From an uncultured virus (IMG/VR IMGVR_UViG_3300030104_006589) (taxonomy: Duplodnaviria > Heunggongvirae > Uroviricota > Caudoviricetes): a DNA stretch of 64,000 nucleotides. A program made the position numbers and the translations under genes. The stretch covers positions 62,001-126,000 of the IMG/VR virus record IMGVR_UViG_3300030104_006589; one strand, 5' to 3'. The notes below the pieces were generated by a model, which was not told where the DNA came from, did no database searches, and was given only the letters and a program-made list of their open reading frames with translations. Shown piece by piece: positions 31,001 through 40,569 of this stretch (position 1 is its first letter; each line of letters begins with the position of its first letter).

Positions 31001-31752
31001 AGATCACCTTTTTCCATGTCCTCAATAAGTTTATTAAACTCGTCTGGACTTGAAGCTTGATTGAAAAACCAGAAAGCTAAGATGGTAGTAACTTTCTTTG
31101 TTATGGCTTCGTATAAGTCTGTTAACTCATCCTCTTTTACATAGTAATCTTCCATTTTTTCCTCAAAGGTTTCTCCTTTAAAATATGGAATTGGCTCATC
31201 TTCATCTTCATTTTGGATATGAGTAAGCATCAAGGTATACCATAAAAGAAGCCTGTTTTGAGCTTTAACGTCAGCAGTATGATCAAACAACGATTGCATT
31301 GCAGATTCCGCTTCTACTATTTGACGCTTGGTTTCAGCTAGCTTGGTCTTGGTTTCCTCAAACTTTTTCTCCTGCTTTTCGTTTCTTTTTTCAACAATTT
31401 CAAGACGAGCATACTCATTTTGAATATCAAAAATTTCCCTATAAAGCTTTCCGTAGTCCTTTGCATCATCCTCACTCCAAACACCCCCTGTATCACTGTA
31501 TTTTTTATACAACATAGCCTTGGTTAAAATTCCCCTTTTAACACAACGACTCATTTCTACTGAATATTCTAATTCAGCATCCTCCAACTGCCTTCTGGAA
31601 GGACGTTTGATTCTAACTTGAACAGGAACCTTTTCCTTGACTCTTTTGGTAACAGTAGTCTCTTCTCCTGTTTTTTTATTTTTTCGGGTGTGAGTCTTCT
31701 CGACTTCTTTTTCTTCTTCTAAACCGAATGAATATAATTCTTTAAATTTCAT
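30997..31752 (-). CDS. probable tail assembly chaperone
   Basis: Gene order before tape measure; coiled-coil; GGVWSEDD shared with GIWSEEDD in the next gene. Confidence 0.5.
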   Translation of the reverse strand: MKFKELYSFGLEEEKEVEKTHTRKNKKTGEETTVTKRVKEKVPVQVRIKRPSRRQLEDAELEYSVEMSRCVKRGILTKAMLYKKYSDTGGVWSEDDAKDYGKLYREIFDIQNEYARLEIVEKRNEKQEKKFEETKTKLAETKRQIVEAESAMQSLFDHTADVKAQNRLLLWYTLMLTHIQNEDEDEPIPYFKGETFEEKMEDYYVKEDELTDLYEAITKKVTTILAFWFFNQASSPDEFNKLIEDMEKGDL

Positions 31753-31756
31753 AACC

Positions 31757-32050
31757 TTAATCCTTTTTAAAAATAAAACTTACTGTGTAATTATTGAGAG
31801 ACGAATCCAAATTTCTAATAGATTCATTTCCAATATCTAAAATTCTTTTTCTAATCCAATTTACTTTTTCTGGGGTAAAGTGGTTAGCTGTATCAATAAC
31901 GGGATGGTAATCAGGCGGAATATGCTCATATAGTTTGTCGTAGTGAAAATCATGATCCTTTTTCATGTCCTCCACCATCATAAGCATCATTTTAAAAAGC
32001 CTAGAAATCTCGTCGTTTGAGCTTTTGCTTAAATTTTTTTTCGCGTCCAT
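31757..32050 (-). CDS. hypothetical protein
   Basis: 97-aa ORF at the head of the chaperone/tape measure operon. Confidence 0.65.
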   Translation of the reverse strand: MDAKKNLSKSSNDEISRLFKMMLMMVEDMKKDHDFHYDKLYEHIPPDYHPVIDTANHFTPEKVNWIRKRILDIGNESIRNLDSSLNNYTVSFIFKKD

Positions 32051-32095
32051 GCCTTAATCCTATCTTATTATATAATTAAAAGTGTAAAAATCAAT

Positions 32096-32561
32096 ATGGC
32101 AGGGTTTTTATCACAAGATCAAATAAACAAAGTCCAAACCTTAATGGGGACTTTGCATACTACTTTTGCTAGGACTATCACTGTTTATAAGAATGCAAAG
32201 AAGACGCTGATAGCATCCACAAATTCTTGGAATTCGCTGTATGGGCGAACCAATACTGGCTCTAATAGTTCTGTAGAATACACCACGGTATCCTCAACCT
32301 TTGAGGCTAGAATCTATTATGATGACATGGATACTGAATATTTTACNNNNNNNNNNTGAACAAGCAGGAACACAAAACAAAGTTGTAGTTCCCGATGGCA
32401 CAGTCAGAATTGTAGTAAAACAAGATGCTTATGACTACCTTAATGAAGCTCGCAGGGTAGAATTTGATGGCACAAAATTTATTATCGAGAGCGATGGTAA
32501 ACCTAGAGGTTTTACTTCAAACCAGTTTTATACCTTCGTTCTAAGCCCCGTAGACTCCTAA
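32096..32561 (+). CDS. probable head-tail joining protein, interrupted by an assembly gap (N run 32347-32356)
   Basis: Two ORF halves flank the N gap; ends in TAATG coupling to the next gene. Confidence 0.6.
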
Positions 32562-33142
32562 TGGCTCTTCCACTAGATGTTAAAAATGCTCTTTTGCGTC
32601 AAGTCCCAAAATTAAAAAGAAAGGACATAGAGGCTCAAGCTAAAGAGAAATTTAAAAAAATTAAGGCAGAAATGATAAAGGAGTTCTTGGATAATCCAAT
32701 TACTCAGGAGATTATGGCTGGCCCTTCAGGGGTCAATATTAGTGGAACATTAAATGGGGTGAGTAATCTTTTTGCTTTTATTGGATTTAATGAAGGAGAA
32801 GACCCAATAGCTCCAATATTACTTATCCTTGAAAACGTAGATATGCAGTATAATAGAGAGTTAAGAAGAGGAAAACCTGGAGTAATGTTCAAGGTCAACC
32901 TCCCAACCGCAGAAGATATCTTTGCTGTAACCCCCCTTCCGTGGGCCACAGGGAGAAGTTGGGCAGAGGGAATTGAGAGAGGACTCTCTGGTTTGGGCTA
33001 TTTATTGAGAAAAAACAAGGGTAGATCGGGTGCGGCAGTTCAAAGTCGTGTAAGAAAGGTGAGAGGCGGCAAGTTTAGAAACAGCCCATACATCTCTAGT
33101 TTGCTAAAAAAATATAGACAACGATTCAAGGATCTTAAATGA
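32561..33142 (+). CDS. probable neck/tail-completion protein
   Basis: Basic protein located between the head-joining and tail-tube genes. Confidence 0.5.
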   Translation: MALPLDVKNALLRQVPKLKRKDIEAQAKEKFKKIKAEMIKEFLDNPITQEIMAGPSGVNISGTLNGVSNLFAFIGFNEGEDPIAPILLILENVDMQYNRELRRGKPGVMFKVNLPTAEDIFAVTPLPWATGRSWAEGIERGLSGLGYLLRKNKGRSGAAVQSRVRKVRGGKFRNSPYISSLLKKYRQRFKDLK

Positions 33143-33987
33143 TTGAACAATTCCAACATAAGTTAACTACTTCTTTTTTCCTCTGGTTTGACAACTTCTT
33201 ACTAGAAAAGGGAGAGGCATATACAAATAGCACAGGCGAATTCTTCTACTACGATGATCCTCGTCTTGATGCTACTTATAAAGCCTATGGAAGTCCCTAT
33301 AAACAATGGGTAACGGATTCCTCAATTACAGACGCTATTATTCCAACGGGAGTATTTATTAATGATAGTTTTTCAGGAAGAGATGACGGAGTTGTATTAG
33401 ACTTCGATAATGGAAGAGTTTTGGTTTCGGGATCAGCAACAGACTCCTCTATTACTGGAGAATTTGCGGTTAAGGATTTTAGTGTTTATCTAACTAATGA
33501 TACAGAAGATGACTTAATTGTAGAAAACAAATATACCATTAACTCAAGACTCCCATCTGGTCCATTAACCTACATTCAACCTTATGATGATGTAGTTCCC
33601 GCAGTTTTTCTGTCTATCGCAGACGTAGAAAACAAACCTTTCGCTTTTGGCGGAATGCAAGACACCTGTATTCAAGCAAAAGCCGTAATAATGGCAGAGG
33701 ACACCTACCAATTGGATGGAGTAATGTCTATATTTATGGACTCCGTTAACGAAGTTATTACCTCTATTCCTATGAGTGGATATCCAATCACTGAGCTTGG
33801 GGATTTAAAAGGAAATAATTTTAATTACACAGGTGTAGAAGCAGATTATGAGGGAGAAACAAAGTTTTTTGTGGATAAAGTTAAGTGTTCAAAGTTGAGC
33901 GATAGAACGAAGAATGTTTTAGCGAATGAATTATATGTAGGATTTATTGATTTTGACATACAACAACACAGATATCGCTTCTCTTAA
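33139..33987 (+). CDS. probable tail terminator/structural protein
   Basis: Acidic beta-rich protein directly upstream of the major tail gene. Confidence 0.5.
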   Translation: MIEQFQHKLTTSFFLWFDNFLLEKGEAYTNSTGEFFYYDDPRLDATYKAYGSPYKQWVTDSSITDAIIPTGVFINDSFSGRDDGVVLDFDNGRVLVSGSATDSSITGEFAVKDFSVYLTNDTEDDLIVENKYTINSRLPSGPLTYIQPYDDVVPAVFLSIADVENKPFAFGGMQDTCIQAKAVIMAEDTYQLDGVMSIFMDSVNEVITSIPMSGYPITELGDLKGNNFNYTGVEADYEGETKFFVDKVKCSKLSDRTKNVLANELYVGFIDFDIQQHRYRFS

Positions 33988-34036
33988 TTTCATATTTTCG
34001 TATTAAAAATGTAAACAACAGAAAGAATCTTTTATC

Positions 34037-35212
34037 ATGGCCAATAGAAACAGAGTAATTTACCAATCAGAGGGTCTATATGTTAGTAAAAACGCTGCTA
34101 ACACAACAGCAGCAAATCACGAACAATTAGAGCGTGTCCAAAGTGCTAACTATAGCTACACAATTAACAGACAAGACGTTAACCAATACGGAGAGCTTGC
34201 AAGGCTTGACTCTATTGTATTAGATCCGCCTACTGTTAATGTTGATTTTAGCTATCTACTTACTGATAGTTACAACGAAAGAGCCTTGGGTTTCTTTGTT
34301 CAGCAGAGTGGAACCGCAGACGCTCTCGTAGGCGTTCCCAGCCAAACAGCAAATGCAGAAGGTAACTTTGCCTCTGGTCATATGGTGGCTCACTCTGGAG
34401 TTAATGTTTTTATCGTTACTTCTCCTGATGGAATTGATCTTAATAAAGATCCATCTGAAGCTTTAGACGCTTCCGACACCATTATTGGCATTGGTAACTG
34501 TTACATTTCCGATTACTCTGTAGACCTTTCTGTAGGAGCACTTCCTACAGCTTCGGTTACTATGGAGGGGGCAAACATGAACTCCAACACAAGTGGAACT
34601 AATTTTGCCAGCCCCGCAATTAATCAGGAAGATGGCAACGCACTTCCCGCCGCACATGGTATGATTGTTGCCCTTCCAAACCCATCGCAAACTCCAGGAG
34701 GAGCACCAGCGGCCAGCAGTAACGCAATTGTTAACGCATTGCGCCCAGGAGATATTACCTTAGATTTTTCTAATGTTTCAGGAGAAACAATAGCGCAGTT
34801 AAATGGAGCGGGTGCAAATCACGTTCAAAGTGTATCACTTTCCCTTCCTTTATCGAGAACTCCAATTCAAAGGCTTGGAAGTAAGTTCCCGTTTGCTCGG
34901 GCTGTTGATTTCCCTGTAAACGTTAGCCTTTCCGCCAGTGCTATCCTAAATGATACGGAGCATAACAACCTTGCAAACGTTCTGGAATCTGGTGCTCAAA
35001 CCATATCAATTAACATGAAGGACTCTAATGGCAACACCGCTATTCGATACCACCTTAAGGAAGCTAAGCTTGACAGCGAATCTTTCTCTTCAAGCATCGG
35101 AGCTAACAAGTCAGTCGATTTAACCTTCTCCGCGCAAGTTGGTGGACCAGAGGACCAGACCGCTGGTCTCTTCATGAGCGGATACAATGGAAACAAGATC
35201 TTCCAAGCTTAA
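34037..35212 (+). CDS. major tail tube protein
   Basis: 391 aa, Ser/Ala/Asn-rich, RVQSANYSYTINRQDVNQYG and internally repeated tube fold; gene order. Confidence 0.72.
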   Translation: MANRNRVIYQSEGLYVSKNAANTTAANHEQLERVQSANYSYTINRQDVNQYGELARLDSIVLDPPTVNVDFSYLLTDSYNERALGFFVQQSGTADALVGVPSQTANAEGNFASGHMVAHSGVNVFIVTSPDGIDLNKDPSEALDASDTIIGIGNCYISDYSVDLSVGALPTASVTMEGANMNSNTSGTNFASPAINQEDGNALPAAHGMIVALPNPSQTPGGAPAASSNAIVNALRPGDITLDFSNVSGETIAQLNGAGANHVQSVSLSLPLSRTPIQRLGSKFPFARAVDFPVNVSLSASAILNDTEHNNLANVLESGAQTISINMKDSNGNTAIRYHLKEAKLDSESFSSSIGANKSVDLTFSAQVGGPEDQTAGLFMSGYNGNKIFQA

Positions 35213-35217
35213 GATAA

Positions 35218-35430
35218 ATGAGTGGTAAAAAAGACCTACTTGGCGACGAAGATATAAAAGACACTTCTCTTGCACCTGTAGAAGAGAAGAAGGTCGAGAA
35301 GCCCAATCCTTCCCCCTCTAATGAGGGGCGCGACCCTGACTGGCCAGAAGGCTACAACGGGAGAAGAAAAGATAGGGTTTTAAATGACGGCCACGACTGG
35401 AAAGACTTCTTCTCTGAAGAGGACGAGTAG
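35218..35430 (+). CDS. small acidic hypothetical protein
   Basis: 70-aa ORF filling the gap after the tail tube gene. Confidence 0.55.
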   Translation: MSGKKDLLGDEDIKDTSLAPVEEKKVEKPNPSPSNEGRDPDWPEGYNGRRKDRVLNDGHDWKDFFSEEDE

Positions 35431-35433
35431 TCC

Positions 35434-35919
35434 TTAGCGATATACTAATCCTATTCCGCTCGCATCTATTCCTCCCAGTTGTCTGGGCTGAGCTTGATAT
35501 ATGTTGTATTGTGCCGCCATTCGCGTCACCTTCTCCATACAATCGCTTGCCATGCCTTTATAGACCTTTGACACCTCATTGCGATTAATGAACGTCACAG
35601 AGCTTTCTCCGTCCCTTAAAGACAAAACGTTGTCTCCACTCACACTTGAGTCTACGATGCCTCTGAGGGCATTCCTCGCTTGCTTATTGTAGTAATTAGA
35701 AAGATATAGCTCTTTGAGGACGTTTTGTGCCTCTGTATCCATTACTCCATACATTCCACTGGCATTTGCGCCACTGAAATCTGTGTATAGGTAAGTATTA
35801 ACTTGTCCTAGATTTTCATATAACCACCCGCTTACATTGGCTACGGTGGCAATTCCTGTATCACTGTCAAACTCAGTGACTACAATCCCTGAAGCAAGGT
35901 CTTCTAATACGTTCGGCAT
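35434..35919 (-). CDS. probable head-tail connector
   Basis: Downstream of the capsid genes; GTGTAA motif upstream. Confidence 0.5.
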   Translation of the reverse strand: MPNVLEDLASGIVVTEFDSDTGIATVANVSGWLYENLGQVNTYLYTDFSGANASGMYGVMDTEAQNVLKELYLSNYYNKQARNALRGIVDSSVSGDNVLSLRDGESSVTFINRNEVSKVYKGMASDCMEKVTRMAAQYNIYQAQPRQLGGIDASGIGLVYR

Positions 35920-35938
35920 ATAGTGTATTACACACTAT

Positions 35939-36388
35939 TTAGCTATTTAACCAATCTAGAAGATCTTTATGTTGTGGGTTATTGGGATCTAACTGAATGG
36001 CTGGAACAGGTTGCGGAGCAGTAAAGATATTACCCCTGCTCTGATAACGATTAAATTCTTTAATAATATTATCAACGACAACGTTTTTGTCATAATAAGG
36101 ATTTACCCCAACCTTTTTGGAGAAAGATTGAAGGTCAGCCTTGCTCATTTTGTCAAGCCTCTCCTTCAAAGTATCTAAATCATTAGTGCCAAAAGAATTA
36201 GTTTCTCCCGTTCCAAAAATAACTTCCACCTCTTTAAATAGCTCTTTATAGCGAGCAGTGCTGGTTTCTCCTTTAGCTCTGAGATCTTCTAACTCCTCCA
36301 GAATCCCACGTTTCGCGGGCTGCTCTTGCCCCGTAGTTACCTCTTTAAATGGGGCTTGCTTCTTTTTAGCTGCTTTCTTCTTAGCCAT
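35939..36388 (-). CDS. hypothetical virion-module protein
   Basis: 149-aa ORF after the major capsid gene. Confidence 0.65.
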   Translation of the reverse strand: MAKKKAAKKKQAPFKEVTTGQEQPAKRGILEELEDLRAKGETSTARYKELFKEVEVIFGTGETNSFGTNDLDTLKERLDKMSKADLQSFSKKVGVNPYYDKNVVVDNIIKEFNRYQSRGNIFTAPQPVPAIQLDPNNPQHKDLLDWLNS

Positions 36389-36420
36389 ACATTATTATAT
36401 ACACCCAGTTAATAAATTAC

Positions 36421-36456
36421 AAAAAAAAAGCCGCCCCCCGAAAGGGACGGCTTTTT
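36421..36456 (-). terminator. intrinsic terminator after the major capsid gene
   Basis: Minus strand GCCGTCCC-TTTCG-GGGGGCGGC hairpin followed by a long T run. Confidence 0.85.
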
Positions 36457-36474
36457 CGTGATTAACTAGGTCTA

Positions 36475-37647
36475 TTAAGGACCAACGATGGTTCCGCACA
36501 GCACTCTGTTGTCGAGAACTACGCGACCCTCTTCGATAGAACCGAAGTAGCCGATCTTGTTCTGACGGATGCTATACTGATCGTCAGCGATGAGACGCAT
36601 CTCACTTCCGCTATCCGAATCCGTTGCAACAGCACGGATAAGTGAGTCGCGAGTGCGGTCAACGCCCACAACGATCTCATCAGTAGTGCCATCAAATGCA
36701 GCCTTACCACCACCAGCACTAACTCCAAACTTATCGTATTGAGTTGCACCAGCAGCAGTGCCAAAGATAGTGTTAAACTTCTGGTTCACTCCCATCTCGT
36801 TATATTCCAAGATGTTGAGGCCCATAAAGCTGGTTTCACCACCACCTCTATAAAGCTCTTCACGGAGGGACTCAGGAGCCGCAATAGGAAATGCGGTTTC
36901 CCCATCTCCAGCGGCTGCGTTTCCTTGACCACCCCGTGTGTTTACAGGATTGTAAGCCATGGCGCGAATCTTACCTACAATCTCAGGGGAGACAATAATG
37001 TCTGTAATTCCCTTAGTGCGAGTAGTAGGAGTTCCTGCGATCCATGAACTATTGATCCTTTTTGCAAGAGTGAACAAGTTGTTAATGTCAGCCATTAAAA
37101 ACTGTGATGCCGTGTCGTTCCATTGAACCTGCTGATTGAGGTAGTTTGGTGAACTCTTAATAGTTGCGTTAGCAAGAGAAGTCATAAGCAGAGTAGCGGA
37201 AGTGCGCTCCTGCTTAAGAAGAATTTCTTGTGCAACGCGAGTAAAAGTTTTACCAACAACGTCCATGCGGCTTTTGGCAGCATAACGGCGATCAAAATCA
37301 ACCGCAGAGTCAAGGCTGTAAGTAGCCAGCTTCAATTCAGAAGCGGTAGGCAGCACTTGGTTACTGGGAAGACCACCTGCATGACTCTGACTCCAAACCC
37401 TGACGTAATCTTCGTCAGCGATGTCGTAGTAGAGATCAAGAGGGATGCTTGGGTTGTCATCAGCATCAAATTGAAGTGATTGGAACAGATTGCTCACTGT
37501 AGGAGCGTTATTGAGAACTTCGGCCAAAACTGGACCGATGAACTCAGCAAGTGCAACCTGAGCCTCATATGCAACGTTACGGTTGCGAGAAGCCATAGCT
37601 TTTACAAGCTCGACTTGTTCTGGGGTTCTTTTTAAAGTAATTTTCAT
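36475..37647 (-). CDS. major capsid protein (HK97-fold, inferred)
   Basis: 390 aa; position after scaffold and decoration genes; strong terminator downstream; GC-richer codon usage than neighbours. Confidence 0.8.
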   Translation of the reverse strand: MKITLKRTPEQVELVKAMASRNRNVAYEAQVALAEFIGPVLAEVLNNAPTVSNLFQSLQFDADDNPSIPLDLYYDIADEDYVRVWSQSHAGGLPSNQVLPTASELKLATYSLDSAVDFDRRYAAKSRMDVVGKTFTRVAQEILLKQERTSATLLMTSLANATIKSSPNYLNQQVQWNDTASQFLMADINNLFTLAKRINSSWIAGTPTTRTKGITDIIVSPEIVGKIRAMAYNPVNTRGGQGNAAAGDGETAFPIAAPESLREELYRGGGETSFMGLNILEYNEMGVNQKFNTIFGTAAGATQYDKFGVSAGGGKAAFDGTTDEIVVGVDRTRDSLIRAVATDSDSGSEMRLIADDQYSIRQNKIGYFGSIEEGRVVLDNRVLCGTIVGP

Positions 37648-37667
37648 AATATAAAATCCTTTCTTAA

Positions 37668-38330
37668 TTAGTTGCAGTCAAAAGATACAACGATATAATC
37701 ACCAGAGAACTGGTCAGTAGTGATTCCGACATTAGAGCGAGTTCCAGTTCCAAGAACGGAGCCGAAGATAAAGCCACCAGTAACTTGAGCAGTAGCATTA
37801 TTAGCTGTAGGCCGCTCGATACCAGTGATCTTTCCTGCATTCGACTGTGACATAAGAATGCCATTTCCTGGAGTATATGCAGCCGCTGTCCCATCAAAAG
37901 CATCAGAGCTTAGGGTCACAATCCCTTTAGTAAGAACAGGGACTGCTTGACCTGGAAGCAACGCTTGAAGCTCTTCGGCCTTTTGTGGGTTATAGAGAAG
38001 CTTTTCTCCGTTTTCGTCGTTCTTGGCTGTCTGGTAAAGAGTTAATCCCAATGGGATCTCTCCAGAAGTCGCGCCAGTAATTTTAAGGTTTACTTCTGGA
38101 TACATCTTGTTGGTTCCAATAAAGGGATAGTCGGTGTTACCCAAATATGCCCTGTTCTGGTATTCAACAGGATCTGCATCAAAGTTACCTTCCGCCACCT
38201 TCACAAATACGCCAGCATCGCCAGCGCCTGTTCCAGTTGTGCTATCGAGAACGTCTACTTCCAAAACGGCGTAGAGGTTCACGACATCGTGATCAGAATA
38301 TTGTCTGAATGGTAGAATTCGTAATGCCAT
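37668..38330 (-). CDS. probable capsid decoration/cement protein
   Basis: Gly/Thr-rich 220 aa between scaffold and capsid; PGQAVPVLTKG. Confidence 0.6.
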   Translation of the reverse strand: MALRILPFRQYSDHDVVNLYAVLEVDVLDSTTGTGAGDAGVFVKVAEGNFDADPVEYQNRAYLGNTDYPFIGTNKMYPEVNLKITGATSGEIPLGLTLYQTAKNDENGEKLLYNPQKAEELQALLPGQAVPVLTKGIVTLSSDAFDGTAAAYTPGNGILMSQSNAGKITGIERPTANNATAQVTGGFIFGSVLGTGTRSNVGITTDQFSGDYIVVSFDCN

Positions 38331-38342
38331 AATTTTAGTTTG

Positions 38343-39833
38343 TTAAGAAATTTCAATGTTGTCGCGAGAAAATGCAGCCTGAAACTTCTCACGCAAGCTA
38401 GGCTCCTCTGAAGCAATCGCCTCATTAGAGTTTGCTACGGGAGCATCTGTAGTTTCAGCGGCATCCAAGGCTTCCTCCACATCTACCTCCTCAGTAGAAG
38501 CAGTGGAAACTCTTTTGGCGACCTCTTCATCAATACGGGCTTGGATTTGAGCATCAAACTCGGCTTGGACCTCTTTGTTCTTGTGTTTCCACAGAACTTC
38601 AAGTTTAGAAGCAAATGCCTCATAAGCCTCTTGATTCTCAAGACTCTTAAGCTCGGATGCAAGGAATTCACGATCTTGATCGTCAAGTTCAAACTTTTGA
38701 TCAACGTCTTCCATGCGCTGATTGAAAGAAGCTACGGCTTCATCGGCTCGCTTCTCATTTTCAAAATGAGAAATGCGCTCATTAGCAGCACCAAGCTTTT
38801 CTTCAAGTTCAGCTACAGAAGATTTAAGATCTTCGTATTCCTTCGTTTTACCTTCTTTAGCTAATCGCTCTGCCTCAATATCTTTGCGATATTGCTCGTC
38901 GCGTTGGCGAATAGCATCTGCAAAAGTATCGGTCATTGAAGCGACTGCCTCTTTTGAGAATTTCTTCTCATTAAGAAGATCCTTTAGTTCGTTAAGAGTC
39001 TGTTCAAGTTCCATATCAATGATGTTCTTTTGGTTGTTTACATTTAAATTATTATTTTGTGAAATTTTATCCCGTTTATCATTTATAAAAACTTTGCTCT
39101 TTTCTGGGGTTTCTCCATACAGACCTTTAACTTCTGCTGCTGGGTTTAAAGTATAAGCTATGCCCAACGGGTATATATTACCTTGAATTAAGCGATAAAT
39201 GCTCTCCCCATCTTCTGTTTTTCCAGATCCTCCATAGCTTCTAAGGTATCCTTGTAACTCCATTATTTGATCAGGATTACTGATAATTTTAGCTTCACTT
39301 AGAACATCACTACCCACAGCTAAAACAAAATCATTGAATCCCACCTCCCAGCTAGCAGATACTTTTTGAAATGCCGTATCATCAGGATCAAGAGACTTCT
39401 CCACCAATTGAGTAAAGCTAGGATTAACTGTTTTATACAAAACAGCACCCAAAGCGATATTAAAAGGTTTTTTAGTTAATTTGGCCTCATCGCTAGCTAA
39501 AAGCCTATTATTTCCAAACTCACTATAACCAGCAGAAACAATATGTCCTACAACCTTCTGCTTGTCGTGTTCAATGTTTGTGGGCTTATGAACAAAATTA
39601 TTTGTATATTTTAGGGCTGTGGAAGTATCCATCCCATCCCCATTTTTATTAAACTTATTAACTACTGCCGCATTGAAAGCCACCCCCAAAAGATCCATGT
39701 TTCCATCATAATCAATATCTTTAGGGACAAGAGGAGCTAATGACTCTAAAGAAGCTTTAGAAATCAATGAGGACTCACTAATTTCGCAAGCCAATAAGGG
39801 ACAATCAAAGGTTGTAGTGTATTTGTAATCCAT
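38343..39833 (-). CDS. prohead protease fused to coiled-coil scaffold
   Basis: N-terminal NKNGDG...KPTNIEH...VVGHI...SASWE; C-terminal acidic coiled coil starting near MELEQTLNELK. Confidence 0.75.
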   Translation of the reverse strand: MDYKYTTTFDCPLLACEISESSLISKASLESLAPLVPKDIDYDGNMDLLGVAFNAAVVNKFNKNGDGMDTSTALKYTNNFVHKPTNIEHDKQKVVGHIVSAGYSEFGNNRLLASDEAKLTKKPFNIALGAVLYKTVNPSFTQLVEKSLDPDDTAFQKVSASWEVGFNDFVLAVGSDVLSEAKIISNPDQIMELQGYLRSYGGSGKTEDGESIYRLIQGNIYPLGIAYTLNPAAEVKGLYGETPEKSKVFINDKRDKISQNNNLNVNNQKNIIDMELEQTLNELKDLLNEKKFSKEAVASMTDTFADAIRQRDEQYRKDIEAERLAKEGKTKEYEDLKSSVAELEEKLGAANERISHFENEKRADEAVASFNQRMEDVDQKFELDDQDREFLASELKSLENQEAYEAFASKLEVLWKHKNKEVQAEFDAQIQARIDEEVAKRVSTASTEEVDVEEALDAAETTDAPVANSNEAIASEEPSLREKFQAAFSRDNIEIS

Positions 39834-40042
39834 TATTTTTTATCCATCCAGCTTTCAGGAAGGGCGCTTTCAGCCCCTATTTTTTTAGCTCTTTGAATTA
39901 GCTTTCTTTTAAATTCCTCAAAAGTCATAGAGCCTTCATATCTCCCCCAACTACTTACAGCATTTTTTACATCCCTAGCTGATAAAACGGGGAAAGACCT
40001 CCTTTTGGGATCAAGAAAATCGCTATCTTTTAGCTCGCTTCT
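39833..40042 (-). CDS. start-less 69-codon frame, candidate -1 frameshift extension of 40030..40569
   Basis: RSELKDSDFLDPKRRSFPVLSARDVKNAVSSWGR...LPESWMDKK*; opens at an A9 run; stop overlaps the protease ATG (TAATG). Confidence 0.7.
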   Translation of the reverse strand, partial: RSELKDSDFLDPKRRSFPVLSARDVKNAVSSWGRYEGSMTFEEFKRKLIQRAKKIGAESALPESWMDKK

Positions 40043-40569
40043 TTTTTTTTACCAAACCTTTCCGCAGCAATGTCTGTAAGCATTTGAGCGTAGCTTTTCT
40101 TAGGGGTAACTTTCTTTTTCATATCTCCCCCACCATATCCACCATCAGCTTCTTTTTTGCCCTTTTTACGAAGCAACTCAAAGTCTTCCTTGCTAATCTT
40201 GCCATCCTTATTCTTATCTAAACCAGATTTTTGTTTGCTGGACATGTCTGCTTTGGCTGGCTTACCTTTATATTCACCTTTTTTAGCCACTTGAGCTTTC
40301 ATTTTTTCTTCAGAGTCCTTGTCAAACTTCATATCTTTCTTTAAAGCTTTTTTCTCCGCGTCTTTTTTCTCTGAAGGAGCACCCTTATCTAGCTTTTTGA
40401 TCTTACTCTTATCGTCTTTGATAGCGTCCTTCTCATGCTCGACTTTTTCCTTTTTGGTGTCTTGCTTGAGTTCTTTTTTGTCAATTTTGTCGTATTGTTT
40501 CTTATCTAGTTTCGCTTCAATTTCTTCAGCAGAAATAGATACTTCGATGTAGGAGTTACTCTCTTTCAT
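40030..40569 (-). CDS. Lys/Asp-rich head-module protein with EF-hand-like loop
   Basis: DKNKDGKISKEDF; lies between portal and protease. Confidence 0.7.
   Translation of the reverse strand: MKESNSYIEVSISAEEIEAKLDKKQYDKIDKKELKQDTKKEKVEHEKDAIKDDKSKIKKLDKGAPSEKKDAEKKALKKDMKFDKDSEEKMKAQVAKKGEYKGKPAKADMSSKQKSGLDKNKDGKISKEDFELLRKKGKKEADGGYGGGDMKKKVTPKKSYAQMLTDIAAERFGKKKEAS

Noticed and set aside
30990..31030. Lambda G/GT-type frameshift between the two tail chaperone genes
   Set aside because: The -1 frame has a TGA two codons before the TTG start, downstream of the only A-rich run, so a shift there would terminate; simple stop/start overlap explains the junction.
32096..32561. Apparent frameshift or split gene
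   Set aside because: The frame change coincides with a 10-N scaffold gap of uncertain true length.
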